63,678 nucleotides of DNA, filler included, from Welwitschia mirabilis (GCA_051453625.1; 6 parts of one record of this genome joined end to end with filler, not necessarily neighbours in it), one strand, 5' to 3'. Shown: positions 12,594 through 26,603, counted from the first letter of the whole stretch. Numbers and translations: made by a program. Notes: generated from the sequence alone by a model not told the origin.

Positions 12594-14699
12594 GTGATCT
12601 GCATATACCTTAGTAAATTTTAAATCTTATTATGCTTATGCATCCTTGTCAACTTGCTGATGAAGTCCAAGTAAGCCTTGTCATTATGCCTTTGGTCTTC
12701 CCTAATATAACCTTGATTATCAAAGTGTGCATGAAAATCTAGACCTTAGGATTCTTAAGACATTTTTGCTTAAGAGAGATACAAATCTCCGTATGGTCTA
12801 GACTACATAGTTATAAGAGTTTATAAAATAAGCTCAAAGGGTAGTATAGCCTGACATAGATCAGTGTCTATGTACAACTCCATGTTTCCACCACCAATTA
12901 AGACTTATTACTAATGAAATATATTAAGTGATTAAGGTGTGGATAATTTTCAATTTTAAACCTTAAGAATTATTAAATGTTTTAAATGGCATTAAGTATA
13001 AAAATAAAGATGACTTAAGCTCTCAATATGAAAACTTCTTTTAATACATAGAATTATAAATGGGGTAATTTTATGCTTAGAATCTTTATTATCACTTAAG
13101 ATCTTGCTACTACAAAGTAAGTTCTTTAATAGATCTAACTATAGATGGACTAATTTTACATCTTTAAGGGTCTACTTTAATGTTTAATGATATTAATATT
13201 TAATCAAAATTTGATATCAAGATGATTTCTATCCTAAATTTTTTTTTCTTATCATTAATGTTATCTACATAATTTTATGTTTTATTTCTTTTATTATTTA
13301 TGTAATTCATATTTGATAAGTAATTTTACATGTTATGCTAGTATATCTTTATAATTTAAATAAATTATAGTTATCCTATCATTATTATGATTTTTTGAAT
13401 GTAAGAAGAATCATTGTTTATTACAAAATGCAAAAATAATTAATAGTTTCACCTAACATTGCAACTTCTCTATGTTATCATTGAATGAACCTCTCATTAT
13501 GTCTATAATATTTAATTTTATATTTTGTCTTTTTATTTCATAATATTATATTTAACATTTAACCTTAATAACTTGGATATCATTTGTATGTTCTTTATAA
13601 AAGAATGGACTTCTCTTTAATATTAATTTGGGTTTACTATAGTGTACTTTAGTGTCCTATATTAACACTTTCATTTTATTATTCAATAACTATTTTTATA
13701 ATTAATGATGTAATTCTAGATATTCATAATCATTTATGATTATTTTCGTTACATTTTAGTAATTCTTATATGATATTTACAACAAGATTACTTTGTCTCA
13801 TTTTAGAACTTATTTTTTATAGTTTTAAACCTTTAGATAATGAGAACAGAATTCTAATTTAAATGAAACTTGATCAAAATTGTTCAAAGTTTTTTTAATC
13901 ATAAATTCAAAATTATCATAATAAAGTCATGTTATCCTTATGGTGCTACCATGCCATTGTTTTAACAGAACTTTTAATGTTTTATGAAACATGTATGAAT
14001 TGAGATTCTTGAAATTTCTTGGTGGTTTTAAATGCATACCACCTTTTTAGATTCCACTAAAATTATTATACCAATTCACATAAATTAACTAATAGAATTA
14101 ATCTATATTATTTCTTCTTTTATTTATATTTTATTAGTTTCCTCCACAATTAAAATAGTTTTAAAGAATTTTTTATTATCACAACCATGTTATATTATAT
14201 TTATAGCAACTTATCCTCTCATTATTAAAACATCTCCCTTTTATGTCCATTCATTTTTCATCAAGTAGGCTCTTAGAAATTTGAGATGGGTTCATTTTAT
14301 GCTTTTCCAAGGCATTTTAAGAAGTAGTTAACTCTATAGACATCAACTTGCAAGGACTTGGATGATTCAAAATTAATATATTTCTACTACTTTTAGTTAA
14401 ATAAATATTGCTAGTGGTCTATATTTTATTTTATTTTATTTTATTTTTTGTAAGTTTAGATCTAGGTTCTTTTAATATTTTTCAAAAATCTCATGCAATT
14501 TTTTCATATTTTAACATGAAACAAGAGTAAATATTCAACTTTGATGCCATGTATGAAGTTTTTTAATTATATTATACATTTTAAAATAAGAGTAATATAA
14601 TCTTGATGTACATATTGAGAGCTCCATTTTAAATTTGTAGCATGCCATTGTCGGTTACAATTTTAGTTACAAGATTCCCCTTGTAATAATCAGTTCTAA

Positions 14700-15019
14700 T
14701 CTAATTTGAATGTCATATTTTTATCCTTCTTTTGTGCTTATCCTCATTCCATTTTATATGCCTTGATAAGGCTAGTTGAAAATCAGTTTTGATCTGCTTT
14801 GAATGCCATATTTTTCTCCTCCTTTTGTCCTTATCCTCATCCCATTTTGTAAGTCTTGATAAGGCAGGTTGAAAATCAGTTTTAATTTGGTTTGAATGCC
14901 ATATTTTTCTTCTCCCTTTGTCCTTATCCTCATCCCATTTTTTATGTCTTGATAAGGCAGGTTGAAAATCAGTTTTGATCTGATTTGAATGCCATATTTT
15001 TCTCCTTTTTTTGTGCTTT
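14700..15019. repeat. 93-bp tandem repeat, at least 3.3 copies, running into a gap
   Basis: gaatgycatattttt recurs at 14708, 14801, 14894 and 14987. Confidence 0.9.
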
Positions 15020-16521
15020 NNNNNNNNNNNNNNNNNNNNNNNNNNNNNNNNNNNNNNNNNNNNNNNNNNNNNNNNNNNNNNNNNNNNNNNNNNNNNNNNN
15101 NNNNNNNNNNNNNNNNNNNNNNNNNNNNNNNNNNNNNNNNNNNCACAGAAGTCCCTCAAAGGAGGAGAAAAGTGAAAGGGCCATTTCAATATCTGCAATT
15201 AGCAAATGTATCCTTCTTGATGTTGACTATCAGGTTTCTTTTGTTGAATGAATTGATATTAATTTAGGTTCATTTGTTTCTATCTCTATTCCCTTGCAAT
15301 TATTATTTCTGGTTCTACATCAACCCATTTGTGATTTCCTGTCAGTAATCATTTAATGACAAAGATACTATGAAAATGACTTTGAATTCAGATTTTAAAA
15401 TTAGGTAAGATTTATGATTGAAGAAAGTTTTAATAGGAAGCTTCTCTTATTAGTCATTATCAAGCTGAAATACTCTATGAGAGAAATATGGAAATTCTAG
15501 ATCTGAAAATGACAACGTGATGTTACTATCTAAATGTTACTTTAAGAGGCACATTTAAGATTNNNNNNNNNNNNNNNNNNNNNNNNNNNNNNNNNNNNNN
15601 NNNNNNNNNNNNNNNNNNNNNNNNNNNNNNNNNNNNNNNNNNNNNNNNNNNNNNNNNNNNNNNNNNNNNNNNNNNNNNNNNNNNNNNNNNNNNNNNNNNN
15701 NNNNNNNNNNNNNNNNNNNNNNNNNNNNNNNNNNNNNNNNNNNNNNNNNNNNNNNNNNNNNNNNNNNNNNNNNNNNNNNNNNNNNNNNNNNNNNNNNNNN
15801 NNNNNNNNNNNNNNNNNNNNNNNNNNNNNNNNNNNNNNNNNNNNNNNNNNNNNNNNNNNNNNNNNNNNNNNNNNNNNNNNNNNNNNNNNNNNNNNNNNNN
15901 NNNNNNNNNNNNNNNNNNNNNNNNNNNNNNNNNNNNNNNNNNNNNNNNNNNNNNNNNNNNNNNNNNNNNNNNNNNNNNNNNNNNNNNNNNNNNNNNNNNN
16001 NNNNNNNNNNNNNNNNNNNNNNNNNNNNNNNNNNNNNNNNNNNNNNNNNNNNNNNNNNNNNNNNNNNNNNNNNNNNNNNNNNNNNNNNNNNNNNNNNNNN
16101 NNNNNNNNNNNNNNNNNNNNNNNNNNNNNNNNNNNNNNNNNNNNNNNNNNNNNNNNNNNNNNNNNNNNNNNNNNNNNNNNNNNNNNNNNNNNNNNNNNNN
16201 NNNNNNNNNNNNNNNNNNNNNNNNNNNNNNNNNNNNNNNNNNNNNNNNNNNNNNNNNNNNNNNNNNNNNNNNNNNNNNNNNNNNNNNNNNNNNNNNNNNN
16301 NNNNNNNNNNNNNNNNNNNNNNNNNNNNNNNNNNNNNNNNNNNNNNNNNNNNNNNNNNNNNNNNNNNNNNNNNNNNNNNNNNNNNNNNNNNNNNNNNNNN
16401 NNNNNNNNNNNNNNNNNNNNNNNNNNNNNNNNNNNNNNNNNNNNNNNNNNNNNNNNNNNNNNNNNNNNNNNNNNNNNNNNNNNNNNATTAGATTGAAGGA
16501 AAGGAGACCATTGTCGTTAAA

Positions 16522-19500
16522 ATGGGAAAAGGTATGATACCCACTTTTGATGCTACCAATTATGAAATTGGGAAAATAAGAATGGAATAATTTTTAAAGG
16601 GACAGTGATTATGGCAATGCACATGAATCAACATAGATTTTCTACCCACTACAACAGAAGAAGAAAATAAGATCTCTACAAAGATAAGAATGTAAGATAG
16701 TCAAGTTATCAGTACCATTTTCATCAGCATGGACAATGACCAGGTAAAAAGAATTACAAGTTATTCAAGTGCTTTTAAACTGTGGAAAGGATTAGACATT
16801 ATGTACCAAGGCCATCAAAATATGAAGAAAATAAAATTGCAAAATTTGAGGACAAGGCATGAAACTCTCTAAGATGAAGGNNNNNNNNNNNNNNNNNNNN
16901 NNNNNNNNNNNNNNNNNNNNNNNNNNNNNNNNNNNNNNNNNNNNNNNNNNNNNNNNNNNNNNNNNNNNNNNNNNNNNNNNNNNNNNNNNNNNNNNNNNNN
17001 NNNNNNNNNNNNNNNNNNNNNNNNNNNNNNNNNNNNNNNNNNNNNNNNNNNNNNNNNNNNNNNNNNNNNNNNNNNNNNNNNNNNNNNNNNNNNNNNNNNN
17101 NNNNNNNNNNNNNNNNNNNNNNNNNNNNNNNNNNNNNNNNNNNNNNNNNNNNNNNNNNNNNNNNNNNNNNNNNNNNNNNNNNNNNNNNNNNNNNNNNNNN
17201 NNNNNNNNNNNNNNNNNNNNNNNNNNNNNNNNNNNNNNNNNNNNNNNNNNNNNNNNNNNNNNNNNNNNNNNNNNNNNNNNNNNNNNNNNNNNNNNNNNNN
17301 NNNNNNNNNNNNNNNNNNNNNNNNNNNNNNNNNNNNNNNNNNNNNNNNNNNNNNNNNNNNNNNNNNNNNNNNNNNNNNNNNNNNNNNNNNNNNNNNNNNN
17401 NNNNNNNNNNNNNNNNNNNNNNNNNNNNNNNNNNNNNNNNNNNNNNNNNNNNNNNNNNNNNNNNNNNNNNNNNNNNNNNNNNNNNNNNNNNNNNNNNNNN
17501 NNNNNNNNNNNNNNNNNNNNNNNNNNNNNNNNNNNNNNNNNNNNNNNNNNNNNNNNNNNNNNNNNNNNNNNNNNNNNNNNNNNNNNNNNNNNNNNNNNNN
17601 NNNNNNNNNNNNNNNNNNNNNNNNNNNNNNNNNNNNNNNNNNNNNNNNNNNNNNNNNNNNNNNNNNNNNNNNNNNNNNNNNNNNNNNNNNNNNNNNNNNN
17701 NNNNNNNNNNNNNNNNNNNNNNNNNNNNNNNNNNNNNNNNNNNNNNNNNNNNNNNNNNNNNNNNNNNNNNNNNNNNNNNNNNNNNNNNNNNNNNNNNNNN
17801 NNNNNNNNNNNNNNNNNNNTTCATCCATTCAGCAGATGAAGAAGTAGAGGTAATCCTCAAGGAAAAGGAAGTCAAAGAGGTAAAAAAATAAGAAGTTGTC
17901 ATTATTATCATTTGTAAGGCCATTTAATTAGAAACTGTATATTTAGAATCAGGGATGAGCAATAACAAGGCTATGTAGCTAAACAAAAATAGGAAGAAGA
18001 TCCCCCTAAAACATCAAACACAGATGCAGATGTATTTAGTTACGTAGCAATAACCACACCAAATTTTTCAATGATTTTCTCTCATGAGATGGCTTGGTTC
18101 TTTAATAGTGGTTGTTTGAATCATATGATTAATCAGAGAAATGTGTTTAAAAGCTTTTCACAGGCATATTTGGGCTCTGTTGAATTTGGTGGAGGATCAG
18201 TGGGGCACACAGAAGGCTATGGGATAGTTGCACTTAAGGACAAAATTGGTAATGACTTTTTAATTGATGATGTATACTTTATTCCAAANNNNNNNNNNNN
18301 NNNNNNNNNNNNNNNNNNNNNNNNNNNNNNNNNNNNNNNNNNNNNNNNNNNNNNNNNNNNNNNNNNNNNNNNNNNNNNNNNNNNNNNNNNNNNNNNNNNN
18401 NNNNNNNNNNNNNNNNNNNNNNNNNNNNNNNNNNNNNNNNNNNNNNNNNNNNNNNNNNNNNNNNNNNNNNNNNNNNNNNNNNNNNNNNNNNNNNNNNNNN
18501 NNNNNNNNNNNNNNNNNNNNNNNNNNNNNNNNNNNNNNNNNNNNNNNNNNNNNNNNNNNNNNNNNNNNNNNNNNNNNNNNNNNNNNNNNNNNNNNNNNNN
18601 NNNNNNNNNNNNNNNNNNNNNNNNNNNNNNNNNNNNNNNNNNNNNNNNNNNNNNNNNNNNNNNNNNNNNNNNNNNNNNNNNNNNNNNNNNNNNNNNNNNN
18701 NNNNNNNNNNNNNNNNNNNNNNNNNNNNNNNNNNNNNNNNNNNNNNNNNNNNNNNNNNNNNNNNNNNNNNNNNNNNNNNNNNNNNNNNNNNNNNNNNNNN
18801 NNNNNNNNNNNNNNNNNNNNNNNNNNNNNNNNNNNNNNNNNNNNNNNNNNNNNNNNNNNNNNNNNNNNNNNNNNNNNNNNNNNNNNNNNNNNNNNNNNNN
18901 NNNNNNNNNNNNNNNNNNNNNNNNNNNNNNNNNNNNNNNNNNNNNNNNNNNNNNNNNNNNNNNNNNNNNNNNNNNNNNNNNNNCATTGATGAATATGACT
19001 AAATCTATGATACTAGATACAAGTTTGGGTAAAATATTTTGGGGTGAAGCCATACATACAGCAAATTATATACAAAACAGGGCAAGCACAAAGAATTTAA
19101 AGAATTCGACACCTTATAAAATGTGGTATGGTCATAAATCCAATCTATCTCATTTGAAGATTTTTGGAACTAAATGTTTTGTGAAGATAATGAAATCAAG
19201 TCAAGATAAATTGGATGCCCAATCAGTTGAATGTACTTTTGTGGGATATTCTCCTAATAGTNNNNNNNNNNNNNNNNNNNNNNNNNNNNNNNNNNNNNNN
19301 NNNNNNNNNNNNNNNNNNNNNNNNNNNNNNNNNNNNNNNNNNNNNNNNNNNNNNNNNNNNNNNNNNNNNNNNNNNNNNNNNNNNNNNNNNNNNNNNNNNN
19401 NNNNNNNNNNNNNNNNNNNNNNNNNNNNNNNNNNNNNNNNNNNNNNNNNNNNNNNNNNNNNNNNNNNNNNNNNNNNNNNNNNNNNNNNNNNNNNNNNNNN

Positions 19501-20061
19501 NNNNNNNNNNNNNNNNNNNNNNNNNNNNNNNNNNNNNNNNNNNNNNNNNNNNNNNNNNNNNNNNNNNNNNNNNNNNNNNNNNNNNNNNNNNNNNNNNNNN
19601 NNNNNNNNNNNNNNNNNNNNNNNNNNNNNNNNNNNNNNNNNNNNNNNNNNNNNNNNNNNNNNNNNNNNNNNNNNNNNNNNNNNNNNNNNNNNNNNNNNNN
19701 NNNNNNNNNNNNNNNNNNNNNNNNNNNNNNNNNNNNNNNNNNNNNNAACTTGGATCCTGACTCCTTGTTCAAAAGGTAAAAATGTTATTAGTACAAAATG
19801 CATTTATAGGATAAAATATAATCCAGATGATACCATTAATAAATATAAGACTAGACTTGTGGTCAAAGGATATGTGCAAGAAGCAGGAATCGATTATGGT
19901 GAAACATTTGCATCTGTGGCTAGATTAGAATCAGTAAGAGCCTTTCTTGCCTTTACTGCTAAAATGAAAATGATAGTATAGCAAATGGATATGAAATTAG
20001 GCTTCTTAAATGGTCATCTTGATGAGGAAGTGTACATCTCACAGGATGAAGGATTTGTTGT
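16522..20061 (+). mobile_element. Ty1/copia gag-pol relic (gag, protease, integrase, RT), gapped
   Basis: Gag IPTFDATNY; protease WFFNSGCLNHM; integrase FWGEAIHTANYIQNR and LSHLKIFGTKCF; RT KYKTRLVVKGYVQEAGIDYGETFASVARLES and *QMDMKLGFLNGHLDEEVY. Confidence 0.95.
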
Positions 20062-20161
20062 NNNNNNNNNNNNNNNNNNNNNNNNNNNNNNNNNNNNNNN
20101 NNNNNTTAATTAATTAANNNNNNNNNNNNNNNNNNNNNNNNNNNNNNNNNNNNNNNNNNNN
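20062..20161. other. Artificial scaffold spacer (44N-TTAATTAATTAA-44N); also at 40427-40526, 45831-45930, 58101-58200 and 62085-62184
   Basis: The same 100-nt construct occurs five times, and the 12-mer has stops in all six frames. Confidence 0.97.
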
Positions 20162-20662
20162 TCAACAACTAGAAGAGAAGGTTAAGCAGATTAGAAAAAG
20201 ACTTCAAGCAGTGAAGGATCGACAAGCAAAATATGCAAATTAACATAGAAGACAATTAGAATTTCAAAAAGGTGATCATGTATTCCTTAAGTATTTCCCC
20301 TTTAAGGGAGTATTCAGATTTGGTAAGAAAGGAAAGTTAGCCCCATGATTTATAAGATCTTATCAGGTGATTAAAAGAGTTAGACCGATGGCATATGAGC
20401 TAGTACTACCTCCTCAGTTATCTATGCTACATAATGTCTTTCATATATTACTATTGAGGAAGTGTGTTTTAGATGGATCAAATATTATTCCAGATCAGGA
20501 TATCACTATTCTTCCTAACTGTTCTATAAAATTTCAACCAATGAAACTTCTTGATCAGAAGGAGATGATTCTTTGAGGAAAAATAGTTAAGAGATATAAG
20601 GTTTAGTGGTCAGATCAAACTAAAGATGAAGCAACTTGGGAGTCAGAGACTGATATTATGTA
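20162..20662 (+). pseudogene. Tekay chromovirus integrase C-terminus and chromodomain
   Basis: LEFQKGDHVFLK, RFGKKGKLAP*FI, AYELVLPPQLSMLHNVFH and YKV*WSDQTKDEATWE. Confidence 0.92.
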
Positions 20663-20718
20663 ATGAAAACTCAATCTTCTGAATCGTTTCCAAGGAAACC
20701 TCTTAAGAGAGAGAGATT

Positions 20719-23700
20719 TGTTACTTCCAGAACTTATCTAAAGTTAGAAAACCCTTTTTACAAATACATGACTAATAGATTTTCTTTAAAAAGCATAAAC
20801 AACTGTAGTTTAAATTTTAGAATGAAAATAATTATAAATTATAAATAATTACATCATTATGTTATTTAAATGTTTTATTTTTAAAGTTGTAGTTATCTTG
20901 AGCATTATTATCTTCCATGCATGTCTATATAATTGATGTCTTTTGATTAAGGCTTATTGAGTTAACTTGGAATCTAACTTACAACTTGACTGGTCCATCT
21001 TCTATCAGATATATTTTTCCTATGTAGGAATTGTGATATATGTAAAGATATGTTATTTTCTGTAGTTTCATTTATGTCTATTATTGTGTTATCATTTACA
21101 CCCAGTGACCAGACATGGAAAGGAAGGGTTAATGAATTCTAAACTTCTTATAGTTAATCCAACCCTATTGTCATTTTACTGTTAGACCTTATTTCTAATA
21201 ACTTAATTCCCTTATTTATAAAAGTTTTACTGTGCGAATTGATCATGTGAAGCTAGAGTCAAATAGGAGCAATTGGATTTTGCTAAGCAGGTGTGGTCCA
21301 TAACCCTTACTTTTTAATTCTTACCTGCTATGTTAATCCTTGTATTTGTAATCTTACTATGTAATATGTCTTGTATATTTATCATGTGTTTCGAAGTGTC
21401 AAGTAATATTGTACTCTCTTTCACTCTTATGTTAGTTTACTTGAGTTCTCTTGAGCCTTAGCTTGTGAAGACCTTTTAAACTGGCCGTGATCTTGTTGTT
21501 AACTTGTCATGTGTTCTCCTTGACTACCCCTTTTTCTTGTGAAACTTGTATTGGAAATCTTTGATGACCATTGACCTGTAAGAACTAAATTAAGAATGTA
21601 ATACTAGTCAGGGTAACCACATGTACGGACTTCAGAGAGTACAACTCTCTATTGGGAGTCCCAAGGTCATGGGATCGGACTGCCAGGGCTGATAAGGGAA
21701 GATTGTACATACTTTTATGATTTTCACCCCCTTCCTGGTAGGGTGCATGTTGGATTACTTTGTAATTAGATAATCCTAAACAAGATAAGGCGAATTAATA
21801 GTGGTCTGGTTATGTGCTTTGTTGTGAACCTTGTCCTTGTCATGGAAACCTTCCTCCCAACCTGATCCCTTGTCATGGACCATACTGGGAACTGTAGTAA
21901 AGTACAGTTCTCATACCACTTTTGCTCATGCAGGAATAGATGCATATGAGAAAGCAAAGAGGAGCTAGTGAATGTTATGATTGGGTGTCTTCTACTTACA
22001 CATTCAGTCATCATGCAGTTATTTGTGTTTATATTATGTTGATTCTAGTTACATGTTATCATATGTAATGGTTGAAGAACCAGTGAACTTTAGTGTGGTG
22101 TTTCAGTTATGTAATAATGTACCTTTCTATTATAGATATCTATTGTAATCCTCTTGTTGAGATAAGGTTCTTATATTTTTTTGTAATGGTGTTAGTTGAA
22201 AAAGATTTAATTAGATTAATGTTACTCTTAAAAATTTAATGTATTGCTTATTAACTATGGTATGTACTGTTGAGTTGGAAGTGGTATCTTGAGTTCTTCG
22301 TTCGTATTAATAATTAATTACTATTTCTAAGTTAAAGGCTATTAAGTTCATAATGAGAGAACTAAATAATAGGTGCTTATTAAGTAGTTATTTGATTTAG
22401 CTTAAATTTTTCCTTATGACATTGTTAAGTAACTGAAATTTAGATATTCTTATGACTACTAGAATAATAACTTAGAGTTACTACCTACACTTATTATTAA
22501 GGAAGCATTTATGCATCCATTATTTAAATTTGCTCCTCCATCCAAAAGTAACTTAGGATTACAAAGCTAGTAAATAATGTTAAACTCTAAGATGTATATT
22601 AACATTTCATAAACAGTTGGGATGAAGACTCTTTAAGGAGGTTATCAAGGCTATCTCTCTCTTACACCAATATTTATTCTCCAATCAGTGTCCACTATTC
22701 TAACACATTACGTTTGATCTAACATGCCTCTTGATAGAGCGCATTTATTTTTTGCTAATGACCTGCCTCTGATTTATCTGTCGGCTGACACCGAGCCTGA
22801 GCGTGCACCACCATTAGCTCCCCACTGCCTTATCATCATCTACACAATGACCCTCATGTGAGGCCCTCAGCGTGTTCCTTCCCTCTGAGGTCACTACATC
22901 ATATCCCCTCCTCTACAAGAACCTCAGCCTTTAAAATGTTGCACCATTCTTCCCCATCATGTTCCCATCACATCCACGTCTGCCCTTCTTCAGTGCACAA
23001 CTCTCGTGTTCTTTCCCACCGGTTTTTTCCTGCTGCTTCTTCTTTTGGTGTGTCTTCGCCATCGATGCTGTGAAGGTATCAGCTTCCATTACCTCCCTTC
23101 CTGCATCGCTCTTCTTTTTTTCTCCATGATTCCTCTGCCACCGGCCCATCTCTTATTGCTCACCGATCGGCACCTCCTCGCCATATCCACACCCTAACCC
23201 GGTGCTTCCCGACTCCGTCCTGCATCTTGTGTCTTTCCGCCTATCAGTCACACCTACGTAGCTAGCTTCTCTACTTCATGTGCTCCTTGTTTTCTCCTCA
23301 CTGTGTCGACTGTAAACTACTGCCCCTCTTTGAAGCCCACCTACACTTCCGTTTACCTGCGCATTTTCCTTGAAAATGCCCTGCATCTATGCTCTCCATC
23401 TCGGTTTTTCTCATGTGGCATTTTACCCTTACCTACCCGTGCACCTCCATAGTCCTAATAGCCAACCTCGCTTAACTCCGTCAACGCGTTGGCCGCTGCA
23501 TCGCTCCCACACTCGATGCTCTTTTGCCTCCTTAGTATTTGCCAGTGTCTATCTCATTTCTACATCCATCCCTACCTAAGCATGCCTTTCCTTCTCTACG
23601 AACTGCATTCTTCACAGAAAGTTCCTCTGGTTCTGCCACCGATACTACCTCCTACTCCTCATAGATCAAAGTGCCAATGATTCTTTTCAAAAATTAGCTA

Positions 23701-24257
23701 TTAGCATCATGGTAAAGGCACTTCCTTAATGTTGTAGAGGTCTTGGATTTGAAACCAACCTTAGCCACTTCTTTGATTTTTTTAAATTTACATAACTTTC
23801 TCATGAATAAATTATATCCACTAAATTTCTAATTATTGTCCTAAGTGTTTATGCTTGTTAGGGTAGCTAAGGTTTTTAACTAAATTAATACCATGTTCTT
23901 TCTAAACCTTAAAAGATATATTATAGAATTCAATATCACTGGAAATCATGATAAAATTCTAGCCATTAAAATAATGAACTTTAATCTCTAAATCCAATTC
24001 ACCTACTCATTACAAATATACAATATCTTATCATGGTATTATCCTACCTGAACTACTTCCTCGTGAGCCCATACATCTTCAAAACCATTGTATACAAAAT
24101 TGTAATGGATATATTTACATTGAAAACTTAATTAAGTTAGGGTAAATGTTGGGGATATCATACTATGATATAAAAATTGTATTTATAAAAAATGATATCT
24201 ATCTAGTAAAAGTTTATAATTAGTTAAGCTATTAAATGCTTAAATATGGATATTACA
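20719..24257 (+). mobile_element. Tekay 3' LTR (~3.5 kb) preceded by a polypurine tract
   Basis: PPT aagagagagaga at ~20705-20716 is followed by TGTTAC. The LTR ends GGATATTACA exactly where the Athila gag-protease homology is cut. Confidence 0.7.
23696..23768 (+). other. Degenerate tRNA-like (Pol III A/B box) sequence inside the LTR
   Basis: tagcatcatgg...ggatttgaaacc with tRNA-like spacing. No intact cloverleaf. Confidence 0.4.
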
Positions 24258-26120
24258 CCATTGCTGCTCCTAGATCTTTAAATCTAGGTGATTTTTATAA
24301 CACTAAATTTATGAGGGATTGGGCAAGAAAAACTTTGCTAGGGATAACTCATTTATGTTTTCTTCTTATTAGGTCTTTTCATAACTTTGAATACCTTGGG
24401 TTTTCTTGTAAAAATTTTCAAAAGGGTAAGTCTATGCTGATCTTTTTCATCAAGGATTTTAAGTAATCATTAAAAGTTGAATTGTTGTTAAGCCTATCTA
24501 TCCAATGAGTGGTTTGTTGAGAAGGATTTTTCTTTTTCTTTTTGCTAAGATAAGGAAAGTTGTAATCTTCTAATATTTCAATGTCCTATTCCTCTTCTTC
24601 TTTATAATTTTTGAAGTTATTTTGGGAGGTGGAAGGTTGGAGGAGGGTTTTTTTTTTGTCCAATTCTTATCAGAACCTTACAATCTTTTCTTAATTCATT
24701 TAGGTTTGGCAAAGGTTGTGTTGCTAAAGTTCCTTGAGGTCTTTGGTTTGTCAATATTATTTGTTGAAAAATGTTTACCATATTTTCTATGTTGGCATTT
24801 GTTCTTCTAAGTTCATCTATAAGGTTTATGATTGGATCATTTGGATGTTAGTAATTTAGATAAATTTGGTGGATAGTTTGTGTTTTCGAATCAGTTTCTA
24901 AAAGGTTGAAAATTATTTTGAAAATGAGTGTTCAACCTTGATTGTGCTTGATTTTTGTTTCGAAATTTTTAAGAGGTTTGGTTGAAAGCACAAACTTCTT
25001 CTTGTATTCTTTCTTTATATTTTAGTAAAAGAGGACAGTTTTTCATGATATGTTAATTATCTTCACATAAGTCACAAGTTTGCACAACATTTATTTCGGT
25101 TGCGGTTTTAGCATCTAAGATAATTTCCACATACTTCTTCAAGGTTGTTGTAAAATCTTTTATAGGATTTGTAGGATTGGATTATACCTCTTTTTATTAT
25201 TTAACCTCTTTTAAGTCCTCGATGATTTGGCCTATAGTTTGAATTTCTTTAGGTGTTGACTAGGTTTAACTAACCTCCACAAGTTCTCCTAATTTTGTCC
25301 AGGCATTTTCTAATGCAAGGTTCATGAGGTTAACACCACAAGAAAAATATACAAGTTATTCTGTATGGGGAGTTAATCCACTATAAAAATAATCTAGTTA
25401 TTCTATTCTTAAAAAATTATCTACTGGATTAGAATGGATTGCTATGAAGAAACATTCATAAGTGAAGGCATAATCTTCATTTGGTTTTTGTTGAAAGTTT
25501 GTTACCTCTTTTCTCCTCTTTCTCATAGTCTCTTCACTTATGAATCTTTTTACAAAAGTTTTTTTGACTTGATTCCAAATTTTTAAGCTTTTATGGGATA
25601 TAGTTTTTAACCAAAGTTTTGCTCTATCCTTTAATGTCATGGAAAAAATTACCATATATGTTCTATCATTGATTTTTTTCTTCTCATTTTCCAATGTAAG
25701 GATTAGTTATTTAATATCTGCAATGTGTTAAAGGGGATCCTCATCATTTTCTCCACTAAAAGTTGGGTAAAGATGTAAATTTTTAAGCTCAACATCATTT
25801 CTTCGGGGTAGGTCAAAAGGTGTTTGAATTCTCTTTTTCTTATTTGCCAATAATTCCCTCAGGGTAAGATTTGCATTAGGGGTAAAAGATTCTATGACTT
25901 GTTTTTATTTACGGGAGGCACTTGACATTGTGAATTGGTTCTCTTCTTCTAAGATTTTCATCAAAAAAATATGACTTAGAAAAAATAAATTTGGAAGGAG
26001 GTTTGAGTGCATCTAGAGATCGCTTTTCTAATTTATTTTCTATATCTACCAGTCCTTTTTTTATTTTCTTTTCTATCACTAGCTTTTCTCTCAAATATCT
26101 CTTCTCTATGTTGACCATAT
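24258..26120 (-). pseudogene. Athila-like gag (Retrotrans_gag) up to the pre-protease region
   Basis: PTFSGENDEDP, IFSMTLKDRAKLWLK, RKEVTNFQQKPNE and RFKDLGAA. Colinear with 53947-55880. Confidence 0.9.
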
Positions 26121-26603
26121 CACAGCATCCTGCAAACATCAAACAATAAAAAATAAATCAAAAATAACAGACCATCGGCCTGTCTATCGTAGGGATGACA
26201 GAAGGAACGACACACACAGAAACAAAAAATAATAATAATAATAATAAATAGAACCGAAACTAAAATAGAAAGTGAAAAACACAGAAAATAGGACTGTCAT
26301 CTGCCTGGTCATTCGAATGTCATAGGAGACAACAGAAATCAATTTATTTTAGAAAAATCATAATCCAAAAATAAAACTAAAAGTAAAAATGACACATTGT
26401 CTTCCTGACTGGTGAGGGAACGACAGAGGGGACAACCACACTAATTTTCATAGAAATTTGAAACCAAAAAAATCGAAACTAAAATACTATACATAGAAAA
26501 CCTACAGCTCCTAATAAAATACAATGTCGCATAGACAAATAACTAAATAGAGGTCTGATATATTCACCCAAATGACAACAACTCTTATACTCCTCAATAG
26601 CCT

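Noticed and set aside
12900..14400. Possible MuDR/MULE transposase relic on the minus strand (WYAFKTTKKF, MRGSFNDNIEKL)
   Set aside because: Too degenerate; I could not place any catalytic motif.
2490..19803. Long ORFs in the track composed of X residues (also 32181-32908, 50266-51117 and others)
   Set aside because: They come from translating N gaps. Only the flanking real codons were used.
19750..20662. Apparent copia-RT / gypsy-chromodomain hybrid element
   Set aside because: The two parts are separated by an artificial scaffold spacer.
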